Both the position numbers and the translations under genes were made by a program. The notes under the pieces were generated by a model that made no database searches, was not told where the DNA came from, and saw nothing but the letters and a program-made list of their open reading frames with translations. A stretch of 64,000 nt of DNA from Dehalococcoidia bacterium (GTDB lineage Bacteria > Chloroflexota > Dehalococcoidia > Bin125), in contig CAXXRD010000001.1 of the NCBI GenBank assembly GCA_963663895.2, positions 224,001 through 288,000 of the forward strand. Direction: 5' to 3'. Shown here piece by piece: positions 29,001 through 36,768 of the stretch; the stretch's first letter is position 1, and each line of letters starts with the position of its first letter.

Positions 29001-31974
29001 GCACGTCGTAGTCGCTGATGGCGGGCTTGCCCGTCATGATCGGGGCCGTCCACGACACGTCCAGCTTGGTCGTCGGCGTGGTGGAGTTGGCGGCCACCGT
29101 CGGCGCGGCCGGCGCGGCCGGCGGCTCGCTCACGTCCGTCACGATGACGAGGACGCTGTAGGTGACGTCGAGGATGTTCCGCTGCAGGTTGTTCTCGACG
29201 GCGCGCAGCGTGAGGCTGTAGCTCGACTTGCTCTCGAAGTCCGGGACGTTGCCCGTCTTGACCTGGATCTGGGCGGACTGGGCCGTCTTGTAGCCCGTGT
29301 CCGTGCTGAGCTTGAACGTGGAGCCGTCCGTCCCGCCCAGGCTGAACTGCAGCGGATAGTAGTCCGTGGCGTTGACGTTGAACTTGCCGCCCACGTTGCC
29401 GTTGACCGCCGTGTTCTCCGCCAGGTAGAGGATGACGGACGACCCGGACCAGTGGCCGTCGCCCTCGTCGTTGATGGAAGCCCGCACCTGCACCTCGTAC
29501 TCCTTGCCCGCGGTCAGGCCGGTGATGGTAGTGCTGGTGGCGGTGCTGTTGGTGGTGTCCGGCATCTCCGTCCAGGAGCTGGTGGTCCACTCCCGGTACC
29601 GCACGTCGTAGTCGTTCAGCGTGGTGCCCGTCATCGGGGTCGGGGCGGTCCAGGACACGTCCAGGGCCGTGGTCGGGTTGGTGGAGTTCTGGGCCAGCGT
29701 CGGCCGGTCCACGTTCGGGGCCCGGACATCGTTCACGTTGATCTGGATGTTGCCGCCCACCGTCGTGTTTTCGACGCTGTAGCGGAAAGTCCCGCTGTAC
29801 GAGGTCTTGGTCTCGTAGTCGAGCGTCGTCCCGTCCTTGACCGTGACCTGGCCGGTGCTGGAGTCGATGTCGAAGTAGGTGGCGGCGTCGCCGTTGAGGG
29901 AGAAGCTGCTGCCATCGGCCCTGTTTGGCCCGCCCACGCTGCCGACCACGGTGTCCTTGGGCTTGTTCTCCTGGACGCTCAACGTTTCCTTGCAGTTGAA
30001 ATGCTTCACATACAGGGCGATCGCGTCGTACAGCCCGTCGGGGTCCGTCGCCGTGTAGTGGAATGAGTACCAGTCCAGGGGCGGATGCCTGAGCGTCGCC
30101 ACGGCGTAGCCGGAGGAATTGATGGTGGTGCTGACGAGCTTGTTCGAACCCGCGGTGAAGGTCAGCGTGTCGTCTTCCGGGTCGTAGAAGTGCTTGGTGT
30201 GGCCGCTGCTGGGGGCATAGGTGACGGAGCCGCTGTAGCAGTGGCCGTATTTCGACCAGAGTTGCCCGATAAGCTGGGACCCGCTGCTCTTGATGCTGGC
30301 GTAGGGCGCGTGGTTTCCGGACGTGTCGGACACCCTGATGCGGATGTTTACGGCCGGGGTGCTCTTGTTGGAGGCGTAGGCGTCGTAGTTGGCTACCCTG
30401 GTGGAGAACCACTTGGTGGGCGTACCGCTCAGGGTGCGGGTGGAGGCGTTCCAGGAAATCCCGGGGGGCAGCTGCGCCCCCTTGTTGCCGCCGCCTTCCG
30501 ACAGCTTGTAAGTGATGTGGGGATCGCCGGTGGCCGCGGGCAGCGTCACGTTCACGGCAACGCCCTGCGTCCACTCCAGCAGGGTGGGCGGCGCGGTGAC
30601 CCAGGAGAGGCCGGACTGGGCGGACGCGCCCTCCGCCGTCAGCACCTCGATGCTGAAGGACAGCGTGGCGGTGTCCGTGCCGTCGCTGGCGCTGTAGCGG
30701 TAGGTGGCGCTGACGGCCTCAGCCGTGGGCGTGCCCGTGATGGTGCGCGCCGCCGCGTCGAAGGTCAGGCCCGCGGGCAGGTCCGGGGAGAGGGCGTAGG
30801 TGAGGCTCCCGGCGCCGCCGGCGGCGGCGGGCAGGGTCAGCGTGTCGATGGCGGTGTCCTTCACCCAGGACTGGTCGGCGACGGTCGCGCCGCCGAAGGA
30901 GAGGCCGGGCGCCGCGACGGCGACGGTGAACGTGAGGCTGGCCGCGTCGTATCCGTCGGCGGCGGCGCTGTAGGTGTAGGTCGCGCTCGCCGCCTCCGCC
31001 GTCGGCGTCCCGCTGATGGTCCGGGCCGCCGCGTCGAAGCTCGCTCCGGCAGGGAGGCTCGGGGAGAGCGTGTAGGTGATCTCAGGGACGACGGTCGCGC
31101 AGATGGCGCCGTTGCAGCTGACAGTGGCCAGGGGCAGGCGCAGCGTGTCGATGGCCGCGTCCTTCGTCCACGACTGGCTCGGGACCGTGTGGCTCCCGAA
31201 GGTGAGGGAGCGGCCCGGCGCGGGCGATGCGAACGGCGCCGCTGCCGGCGAGTTGGTCCAGCCGCTGTCGCCGCCGCCGTTGCGGGCGCGCACGCCCACG
31301 AAGTACGTCTTGCTGTTGTCCACGCTGAAGGTGATGCTGGCGGACGCGTGGTTCAGGGCCGCCAGGCTCCAACTCTGCTTGTCGTCCGAGCTGTAGGTGA
31401 CGTGGTAGCTCGTCGCCCCCGATACGGCGGACCAGCTTGCCGTCAGGGAGCCGTCGGCCCGCGTCACGGAGACGGATCCGACGGGGCCGGGCGGCGGCGT
31501 GGCATTGGGCGGCGTGAACGGCCCCGCGGCCGGGGAGTTGCGCCAGCCGCTGTCGCCGCCGCCGTTGCGGGCGCGCACGCCCACGAGGTAGGTCGCGCTG
31601 TTGGAGACGCTGATGGTGATGCTGGTCCCGCCGTGGTTCAGGGCGGCCAGGCTCCAGCTGCCGCCGCCGTCCGAGCTGTAGGTGACGTGGTAGCTGGTCG
31701 CGCCGTCCACGGCGGCCCACGATGCCGTCAGCGTCCCATCGGCGCGGGTCACGCTGACGGAGGACGGCGTGGCGGGCGGGGTCTCCTCCGACGCCGCTTG
31801 GGCGGGCTGAGCGATCGTGGGGATCAGGAGGGCGGCGGTGAGCGCCAGGAGGGCGAGAGAGCGAAGCCGGCGATGGGAACGCCGCGCGGCCCGCCGGCGC
31901 CGCGGGGGGGTTGATTGTCGTCTAGCAGTGAGGAATCTCAGCTCAGCACCCCTGTCTCCACCGAACCAAGCCAT
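23080..31974 (-). CDS. Giant adhesin: FN3 + putative Ig + alternating cadherin/FN3 repeats, Pro/Gln linker, C-terminal TM anchor
   Basis: LDVSWTAP...YDVQYR...YEVQVRAVN FN3 repeats; SVAENS...LDYE...VTDVNE cadherin motifs; AQPAQA signal cleavage; TM then RRRRKR; start 31974 or 32007. Confidence 0.93.
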   Translation of the reverse strand: MAWFGGDRGAELRFLTARRQSTPPRRRRAARRSHRRLRSLALLALTAALLIPTIAQPAQAASEETPPATPSSVSVTRADGTLTASWAAVDGATSYHVTYSSDGGGSWSLAALNHGGTSITISVSNSATYLVGVRARNGGGDSGWRNSPAAGPFTPPNATPPPGPVGSVSVTRADGSLTASWSAVSGATSYHVTYSSDDKQSWSLAALNHASASITFSVDNSKTYFVGVRARNGGGDSGWTNSPAAAPFASPAPGRSLTFGSHTVPSQSWTKDAAIDTLRLPLATVSCNGAICATVVPEITYTLSPSLPAGASFDAAARTISGTPTAEAASATYTYSAAADGYDAASLTFTVAVAAPGLSFGGATVADQSWVKDTAIDTLTLPAAAGGAGSLTYALSPDLPAGLTFDAAARTITGTPTAEAVSATYRYSASDGTDTATLSFSIEVLTAEGASAQSGLSWVTAPPTLLEWTQGVAVNVTLPAATGDPHITYKLSEGGGNKGAQLPPGISWNASTRTLSGTPTKWFSTRVANYDAYASNKSTPAVNIRIRVSDTSGNHAPYASIKSSGSQLIGQLWSKYGHCYSGSVTYAPSSGHTKHFYDPEDDTLTFTAGSNKLVSTTINSSGYAVATLRHPPLDWYSFHYTATDPDGLYDAIALYVKHFNCKETLSVQENKPKDTVVGSVGGPNRADGSSFSLNGDAATYFDIDSSTGQVTVKDGTTLDYETKTSYSGTFRYSVENTTVGGNIQINVNDVRAPNVDRPTLAQNSTNPTTALDVSWTAPTPMTGTTLNDYDVRYREWTTSSWTEMPDTTNSTATSTTITGLTAGKEYEVQVRASINDEGDGHWSGSSVILYLAENTAVNGNVGGKFNVNATDYYPLQFSLGGTDGSTFKLSTDTGYKTAQSAQIQVKTGNVPDFESKSSYSLTLRAVENNLQRNILDVTYSVLVIVTDVSEPPAAPAAPTVAANSTTPTTKLDVSWTAPIMTGKPAISDYDVQYRKTGDSAWTSHSFTGTGTSTTLTGLTKGKSYEVQVRAVNAEGNGDWSDSGTAITDANAVTRSIAENSAAGTNIGAAVTAKSTNTTYTYTHALSGTDASKFEIGSSTGQITVKTGNIPDYESKTSYSVTVTVTAAAKTQGANAQSVDPNAPGDYKVPVTISVTDVNEPPAAPAAPTVSANSTTPSTKLDVSWTAPAMTGKPAITDYDVQYRQTGTSTWSSHSFTGTTTSTTLTGLTKGKSYEVQVRAVNDEGDGAWSGSGSAITKAGGVTRSVAENSAANANVGAAVTATANPNGYALTHALSGTDASKFAIGASTGQITVKAGTALDYESGTTSYSVTVTVTAAVAQVQSFSLAPNAPGDYVIPVTITVTDVNEPPLFSDDTATRSIAENSSAGTNIGAAVAAGADPEGDTLTYSLTGTDASKFEIGSTTGQITVKSGNIPDYEAKTSYSVTVNVTDKKKADGTADTAIDDTIAVTINVTDVSEPPAAPSAPTVSANSTTPSTKLDVSWTAPAMTGKPAITDYDVQYRLSGGSTWTDASFTGTTTSTTLTGLTKGKSYEVQVRAVNDEGDGAWSGSGSAITKAGGVTRSVAENSAANANVGAAVTATSNPNGYALTHALSGTDASKFAIGASTGQITVASGTSLDYESGTTSYSVTVTVTAAVAQVQSFSLAPNAPGDYVIPVTITVTDVNEPPPAPDGPTVTQNTATPKTKLDVSWTALTTTQMAGKPAVNDYDVQYKKSSDSTWTAHGFTGTGTSTTLTGLDEGTSYDVQVRAVNDEGDGAWSASGSANTQDKNVHAEFPDQTATRSIAENAAAGANVGAAVTATDTEGHTLYYSLNGTDKDSFNIGLNTGQITVKAGNIPDYEAKSSYTLTVEVSDRKDTDDNPDTKIDDTIAVTITVTDVDEPPPAPAAPTVVANATTPSTKLDVSWTAPDMAGKPAISDYDVQYRLSGDSAWTDASFSGTGTSTTLSGLTTGKSYEVQVRAVNAEGDGAWSGSGTAITDADAVTRSVAENSAAGTNVGAPVTATANPNGYDLTHSMSGTDAAKFVIDGGSGQITVKAGTALDYETKKSYSVIVTATAAAAGVQAQSFSLIPNAPGSYTIPVTITVTDVNEVPQLPKLDPGDTSLARSVAENSAAGTNVGAAVTATDPEGDALTYTLTGADASKFDIGAATGQITVAAGTALDYESGTTSYSVTVNVSDGKAADGTADPAIDGAVAVTITVTDVDEPPDKPAAPTVTNLVGNSGSAGQLSVASARGSYLHAAALGANSANSADPTSTLNVSWTAPDMTGKPPITDYDVQYRKSGDSTWTDHPFTGTGTSTTITGLAAGTSYDVQIQGKNDEGESVWSNSGNGITRASTMARNVAENSPAGANVGAAVTATANPNGYALTHSMSGTDAAQFAIDGGSGQITVRKGVTLDYESKRSYRVTVTMTAAAGGQIQSPNPNAPQAERLVPNGPGVYTIPVDISVTNVHEPPDAPDAPKVVRNSAAPASALDVSWTAPDMTGKQPLNDYDVRYRESGDSTWTDHAFTGAGTSTTITGLAADTTYDVQIQAKNIEGASPWSDSGSASTQDENLPAEFPADTAARSIAENSAAGAAIGAALTATDPEGDALAYSLAGTDAASFALDAGTGRLQVKAALDYESKRSYSVTVSVSDGKAADGTADPAIDDTIAVTIRVTDVNEPPAAPAAPKVRANSADPTGALDVSWTAPDMTGKPPITDYDVRYRKSGESAWTGHAFTGTGTSTTITGLTADTSYEVQVRAANDEGAGPWSATATAKTGLTTAGAPPTQPTRPTPTQQQPQQPTQPTPTQQPQQPRQPTQPTQPTPTQQQPTQPTPTQQPQQPRQPTQPTQPTPTQQQSPQPTQSQQPSKQVSSAPQWYLPPESGPNALVYGYSYRFPVPSIEVAEADERTTRGPATQIGAGDGSGSTAWWPWLLLGLIPLFLFLIAWRRRRKRQEEEEASAHGGV
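23385..23620. repeat. Low-complexity coding tandem repeats (PTQPTPTQQ/QPRQ linker)
   Basis: Repeated CTGCTGCGTGGGCGTGGGCTGGGTCGG units. Confidence 0.85.
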
Positions 31975-31993
31975 GCGCGTGCGATCCGCAATC

Positions 31994-32087
31994 GTTGCTA
32001 ATGACAACTGTTGCTGCGGACACTAGTGGCACTACCGATAGTTGTCAACCGCAACAATTGCCATCGGAACGCATTGCCGTTGGCATG
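31994..32087. promoter_or_regulatory. Array of about six putative MarR-type operator boxes
   Basis: GTTGCTAATGACAAC, GTTGTCAACCGCAAC and related 15-mers at about 16-bp spacing between the divergent adhesin and marR genes. Confidence 0.55.
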
Positions 32088-32191
32088 TGTTGGGGAGTAC
32101 AAGTATCCTGGCGGCAGAGGCCCGTCCGGGTTAGGTTTTCTCCGCCGTCGGTACGCCAACCTTCTATTACGATGAGTCCGGTGAGACGCGT

Positions 32192-32698
32192 ATGCCCGAT
32201 CCCCAGCACGACGAGCCGCCGCCGGATCCCAGCCGCGATCCCCCGTCGGCGACGGTGGACCTCGTGGTCCGCTCGACCGATCTGCTGAACGCGGTCGCCA
32301 AGGGAATGGCGGAAGAGCTGGGGCCTCATGACCTCAGCCCCCTGGAGTTCAGTCTGCTCAGGGTCTGCGCGGAGAAAAGCGAGGTCACCGCGACGGAGCT
32401 CGCGGTCGTGTTGCCGGTCGACGCGTCCCGGATCAGCCGCGTCGTGACCAGGCTGGTTGACAAGGGCTTGCTGAGCCGCCGCCGGCTGCGCAACGACCGG
32501 CGCATCGTGATGCTGCGGTTGTCCGATGAAGGCGCCGCCCTGACGGCCCGGCTCCACCAGCGGCTACGCGCCTACGACGTCAGGCTCACCAAGAACATCG
32601 CGGAGGAAGATCTGGACGTGTTCGCGTCCGTCGTCTCCAGGATCCTCGCCAACTACATGCGCATCGCCTCCCCCCCCCCCCCCCCGCTAAACCACTAG
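32192..32698 (+). CDS. MarR-family transcriptional regulator
   Basis: ISRVVTRLVDKGLLSR...DRRIVMLRLS winged-helix motif. Confidence 0.93.
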   Translation: MPDPQHDEPPPDPSRDPPSATVDLVVRSTDLLNAVAKGMAEELGPHDLSPLEFSLLRVCAEKSEVTATELAVVLPVDASRISRVVTRLVDKGLLSRRRLRNDRRIVMLRLSDEGAALTARLHQRLRAYDVRLTKNIAEEDLDVFASVVSRILANYMRIASPPPPPLNH

Positions 32699-32744
32699 AC
32701 GCAAGGGTCTCCGGGGGGTCCCGCCGCGGCGCGCGCGATTCCGG

Positions 32745-33572
32745 CTAGGCGAGGGGCTTGTTGGCGACGGCCTCGCCGTAGGCGAGGGCGGCGAACGCCG
32801 CGGCATGGTCCTTCCACTGCTCGTAGGCGTCATGGATGTGCTTGCACAACGTTTCGGTCGCCGCCCCGTATTTGATGGCCGCCTCCGTGATCTCCGGCGA
32901 CAGGAACCACTGATTGGCGATGCGATGGATGAAGGCGACATCCTCGGGGGTGTTGTACACAGTGAACGAGGCCGTCATGCGCAGGTTGGTGAAGCCGGCC
33001 GCGAGGATATGCCCCTTCATATCCTTGCCCATCTGGGGGTGCCCCTCATCGGCCGTCAGCAGGTCCTCGAACATGTCCCACGCTTTGCGGATCACGCCGA
33101 AGTCGGGATGGGTGAAGGATGATCCGGTGATCATCTCCCGACAGGCGAGCAGGCCGCCGGGCTTGAGGACGCGCCGGACCTCGGCGAGGACGGCGGCCGT
33201 GTCGGGGATGTGCATGAGCACGTTGTGGCAGTGGGCGACATCGAAGAAGCCGTCCTCGTAGGGAAGGGCGGTCACATCCCCCACGCGAAAATCCGTGTTG
33301 TCACGCCCCGCCGCCTGCGCCACGGACCGCGCCAGGGCGATCTGGGATTCCTCCATGTCGACGCCGTGCAACTCGCCGGGCGCGATGGCCTTCGCCAGCC
33401 CCACGGAGATGGTGCCCGGGCCGCAGCCGAAATCGAGCACGCGCAGCCCCGGCCGGAGATGGGGGAGCAGATAGGCGGCGCTGGTCTCCGCCGTGTAGCG
33501 CCGGAGCGCTTCCATGAACTCTTCACTGAACCCCATCGTGTAGTCGGGGGTCGCGGACAACTCGTTACTCAT
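32745..33572 (-). CDS. Class I SAM-dependent methyltransferase
   Basis: VLDFGCGPGTIS, LPYEDGFFDV, RRVLKPGG. Confidence 0.93.
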   Translation of the reverse strand: MSNELSATPDYTMGFSEEFMEALRRYTAETSAAYLLPHLRPGLRVLDFGCGPGTISVGLAKAIAPGELHGVDMEESQIALARSVAQAAGRDNTDFRVGDVTALPYEDGFFDVAHCHNVLMHIPDTAAVLAEVRRVLKPGGLLACREMITGSSFTHPDFGVIRKAWDMFEDLLTADEGHPQMGKDMKGHILAAGFTNLRMTASFTVYNTPEDVAFIHRIANQWFLSPEITEAAIKYGAATETLCKHIHDAYEQWKDHAAAFAALAYGEAVANKPLA

Positions 33573-33748
33573 GGTGGCTCATTCTTGGAACTCTTCACTT
33601 AACCCCACCGTGTAGTGGGGATAGGGGTAGACGTATGATACTCACATCTCACTGCTCCTGATCGTCCTGATCAGGATTCGGGAAAGCGATCAAGAGGGGA
33701 GAGTAAGTCCTCCCACACGTCGCCCCTTGCGATATGCCCTGATCGTGT

Positions 33749-33769
33749 CCGATAAGACGCTTTTATCGG
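33749..33769. promoter_or_regulatory. Putative tyrosine-recombinase binding/crossover site
   Basis: CCGATAA-N7-TTATCGG palindrome about 30 bp upstream of the recombinase start. Confidence 0.55.
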
Positions 33770-33798
33770 TCGGTACCGCTAGAACGGCAGCACTCCTG

Positions 33799-34320
33799 AT
33801 GGCCCCAAAGCGACGCGTGGTGGACCCCCGGCTCGGCGAGCGCCGGCGCGCTGCCCTGGTCCCCGTCGACCGCGCTGCATCCACCGTGGCCGCTGTGGTG
33901 CCGCCCGCCCCCGACGCCGACGAGGCGGAGTTCTCCGCGTACGAGCGCGTGGCCGGCTGGAGCGCAAACACCCGCCGCGCCTATCTGCGCGCCTGGCGCG
34001 CCTGGGAAGCCTGGGCCACGGCCCACGGCGCCCCGGTCCTGCCCGCGCGCGGGCAGGATGTCCGCGCCTATCTCCTCGAGCGCGCCGCTGAGGGGCGGGC
34101 CCTGGCGACCCTGCGGGCCGATGCCGGTGGAATCGCCGCCGTCCACAACGCCGCCCACGAGCCCAATCCCTGCGCCAAGGGCGGGGCCGTGCGGATGGCC
34201 TTGACCCAACTGGCCAAGCAGCGCGGCAGCGCCCAGCGCTAGGTCGCCGTCCTTGATGCCGATGCGGTCGCCGCCATCTACGCCACGGCCTATCGCCCAC
34301 GGAAGGGCAAACGGGACGAT
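33799..34320 (+). pseudogene. Truncated Cre-like tyrosine recombinase (N-terminal core-binding domain only)
   Basis: SANTRRAYLRAWRAWEAWA...VRAYL...LATLR...IAAVH; TAG 34240-34242 followed by in-frame LDADAVAAIYATA; no catalytic domain. Confidence 0.75.
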
Positions 34321-34476
34321 TATGCGGGCGAAATCTCAACGTTGCATCGCCTACCTGCTCGCTGCAGTTGCCCGGCAACAGATGCGCCCAAGGCACCAAA
34401 TCGTCCGGGATACACTAAGTGATAATTAGTGATCAAATATTGGTCGCTTTATCTATGAAATAAGTGAATTTTTGAT

Positions 34477-34932
34477 ATGCAAAGTGCGGACATTCCAGCC
34501 CTCAAAGTCCAGCGCCTGCGCGCCAGCGCCCGCCTTCCCGTGCGCGCAACCCCAGGCAGCTCCGGCCTGGATCTCTACGCCGACCTCGGCGGAGCCGGAG
34601 AGACTCTCAACCTCACGGCTATGCCCCAACTCGTCGGCACGGGCATCGCCGTCGAGCCCCCGCCCGGCTGCGAGGTGCAAGTCCGACCGCGATCGGGGCT
34701 GTCTCGCCAAGGAGTCGCCGTCGCCTTCGGCACCATCGACAGCGACTACCGCGGCGAGGTGCTGGTCAACATGGCCTTCCCTGGCGACCCCGGCCGCTCC
34801 TTCCCCATCCGTCACGGCGACCGCATCGCACAGCTGGTCGTCGCCCCCGTGTTGCGGACCGACGTTCTCGAAGTCGACGAACTGACCACGACCGACCGGG
34901 GCAGCAGTGGCTTCGGATCCAGCGGCCGCTAA
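34477..34932 (+). CDS. dut: dUTP diphosphatase
   Basis: SSGLDL, RPRSGL, GTIDSDYRGE, GDRIAQL, RGSSGFGSSG. Confidence 0.97.
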   Translation: MQSADIPALKVQRLRASARLPVRATPGSSGLDLYADLGGAGETLNLTAMPQLVGTGIAVEPPPGCEVQVRPRSGLSRQGVAVAFGTIDSDYRGEVLVNMAFPGDPGRSFPIRHGDRIAQLVVAPVLRTDVLEVDELTTTDRGSSGFGSSGR

Positions 34933-35061
34933 GGCCGGGGAACCAACTGCCGTCGCCGAACGTTGGAACCTAGTGAAAGCGAGGTGTCGCGGCCGGCCGC
35001 GCGAGCGCCAGCCAACGTGTCGCGCTACAGTACCGAATAGGGTCGGGGACGAGCAGAGAAT

Positions 35062-36666
35062 ATGATGCGGAAGCGCCGACCGATCGCCCTCCTGGGCATC
35101 TCCCTTCTGTGTGTGGCCCTGGTGGCGTGCGGCGGTGGAGACGACCTTTTCAGTCCGGAAACCGTGGCGCCCGGCTCGGGCGAGGACCGCGCCCCAAACT
35201 TCGACGACTTCGACCCCACCGCGGGCGTCCAATCCCCTCCTACCGACGCGGCCCCCGGCGAGCCTGCCGACACCCCCTTTGAAGATCGCTCGGAAGACCG
35301 CCCCGTCGCTCCCGAAGATCCTGCCGTCATCTTGGAAGCGGGCAGTCCCGCCAACGTCCCGGACGCCCCGCGCCAGATCGAGCCCCGCGAGGGAGACATC
35401 GTCTACACCGTACAGCCGGGCGACACGATCGGTTTGATCGCGGTGCAGTTTGGCGTCACCATCAACGCCATCATCGAAGCCAACGGCCTCACGAACCCGG
35501 ACAGAATCGACATCGGCCAAGAGCTGATCATCCCGCCCCAAGCGGCCGACGTCGGCCTTGAAACCGTTCCGGACGACACCGCCGTGCCGGACCGGCCCGC
35601 GGGTTTCACCGCCTTCGCCGACAGCGCCCTCGCCTGGATCGACGCGCGCCAAAGCGTCGGCGACTGCATCATCCCGCTCTTCAATCAATGGGGCATGCCG
35701 CCCGTCTTCGGAGGCGACCGCTGCAACCTCGTCGACACCAACCTGGACGGCTACAGCAGCGCCGCTATTATCTTCACGGACCCCACCCCTTCTGACTTTT
35801 CACAGATCAGCAGCGACCTCGTCATCTTCGAGCCGTCTGGCGATGATGGCACGAGCTTCCGTGTCGCCTACCAACTCTCCGCGACCGGTCCTGCCTTCGA
35901 CATCGCCGTCCTGCACACACGCGATATCAATGGAGACGTGTGGCCCGACATCACCTTCCAAGAAGTTGACTGCGGCGCCTCCAGATGCATCACCATTCTG
36001 CACGTCCTCAGCTGGGATAGCGACACGCAAACCTACGTGGACCTCGCTGCGGGCCTCATCGAGATCGCCGGCGCCGCCTCCTTCGACTTCAGTGACCGCA
36101 CCGGCGACGGCATTGCGGATATCACCATCGCCACTGCCGCCGCCAGCTCCCCGGACGCCGGACCGGCCTGCGGCGCGGGCGACCTCCTCTACAGCGCCCA
36201 CTCCGGCACCCTTCAGCTCATCGAAGCGGACAGCAGCTCCAGCGACTCCCTCATCTGCACCATCGTGCCCGGCAACGAAGCCTTCGCCGCCGGCGCATAC
36301 CAGGACGCACTGGCCGCCTACGAGGAAGCGGTCGGCAACGCCGCCCTCCAAACCGGAGAGATCCCCAACGAGCGAGCCGAACTCACCGCCTTCGCCCACT
36401 TGCGCCAGGCCATCGTCCTTGCGCTCCAGGGCAATACGGCCGCCGCCATCGCCGCAGCGCAGCTAGGCGCAACCGAGGAAGGGCTGCACGCCCGCCTCGC
36501 CAACGCCTTCCTCAGCGGCTACGCCGGCAGCAACGACATCAGCGCCGGCTGCGCCACCCTCAACAACGAGATTGCCCCCCTCGCCGATCAGTTCCGTAAC
36601 TTCTGGAGCCAGTTCGGCTACAGTGCCGCTACCGCCCCAGGCACGGAGGAGCTCTGCCCCTTCTAG
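35062..36666 (+). CDS. LysM-domain lipoprotein
   Basis: Lipobox LVAC; YTVQPGDTIGLIAVQFGV...NGLTNPDRIDIGQELIIP. Confidence 0.88.
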   Translation: MMRKRRPIALLGISLLCVALVACGGGDDLFSPETVAPGSGEDRAPNFDDFDPTAGVQSPPTDAAPGEPADTPFEDRSEDRPVAPEDPAVILEAGSPANVPDAPRQIEPREGDIVYTVQPGDTIGLIAVQFGVTINAIIEANGLTNPDRIDIGQELIIPPQAADVGLETVPDDTAVPDRPAGFTAFADSALAWIDARQSVGDCIIPLFNQWGMPPVFGGDRCNLVDTNLDGYSSAAIIFTDPTPSDFSQISSDLVIFEPSGDDGTSFRVAYQLSATGPAFDIAVLHTRDINGDVWPDITFQEVDCGASRCITILHVLSWDSDTQTYVDLAAGLIEIAGAASFDFSDRTGDGIADITIATAAASSPDAGPACGAGDLLYSAHSGTLQLIEADSSSSDSLICTIVPGNEAFAAGAYQDALAAYEEAVGNAALQTGEIPNERAELTAFAHLRQAIVLALQGNTAAAIAAAQLGATEEGLHARLANAFLSGYAGSNDISAGCATLNNEIAPLADQFRNFWSQFGYSAATAPGTEELCPF

Positions 36667-36768
36667 AGTGTGCTTCCAATCGGTCCACGGAACCGATCGC
36701 AGGTGAATCGCGTCGACCCCTCCCCAGCAGCACCCCATGACTCCGCGCCTGCTGCGCGTGCCTAACCC

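Noticed and set aside
23437-30574. Very long alternative-frame ORFs (2209 aa on +, 1355 aa on -) over the adhesin
   Set aside because: Shadow ORFs of GC-rich repetitive coding DNA; Arg/Gly-rich with no domain motifs
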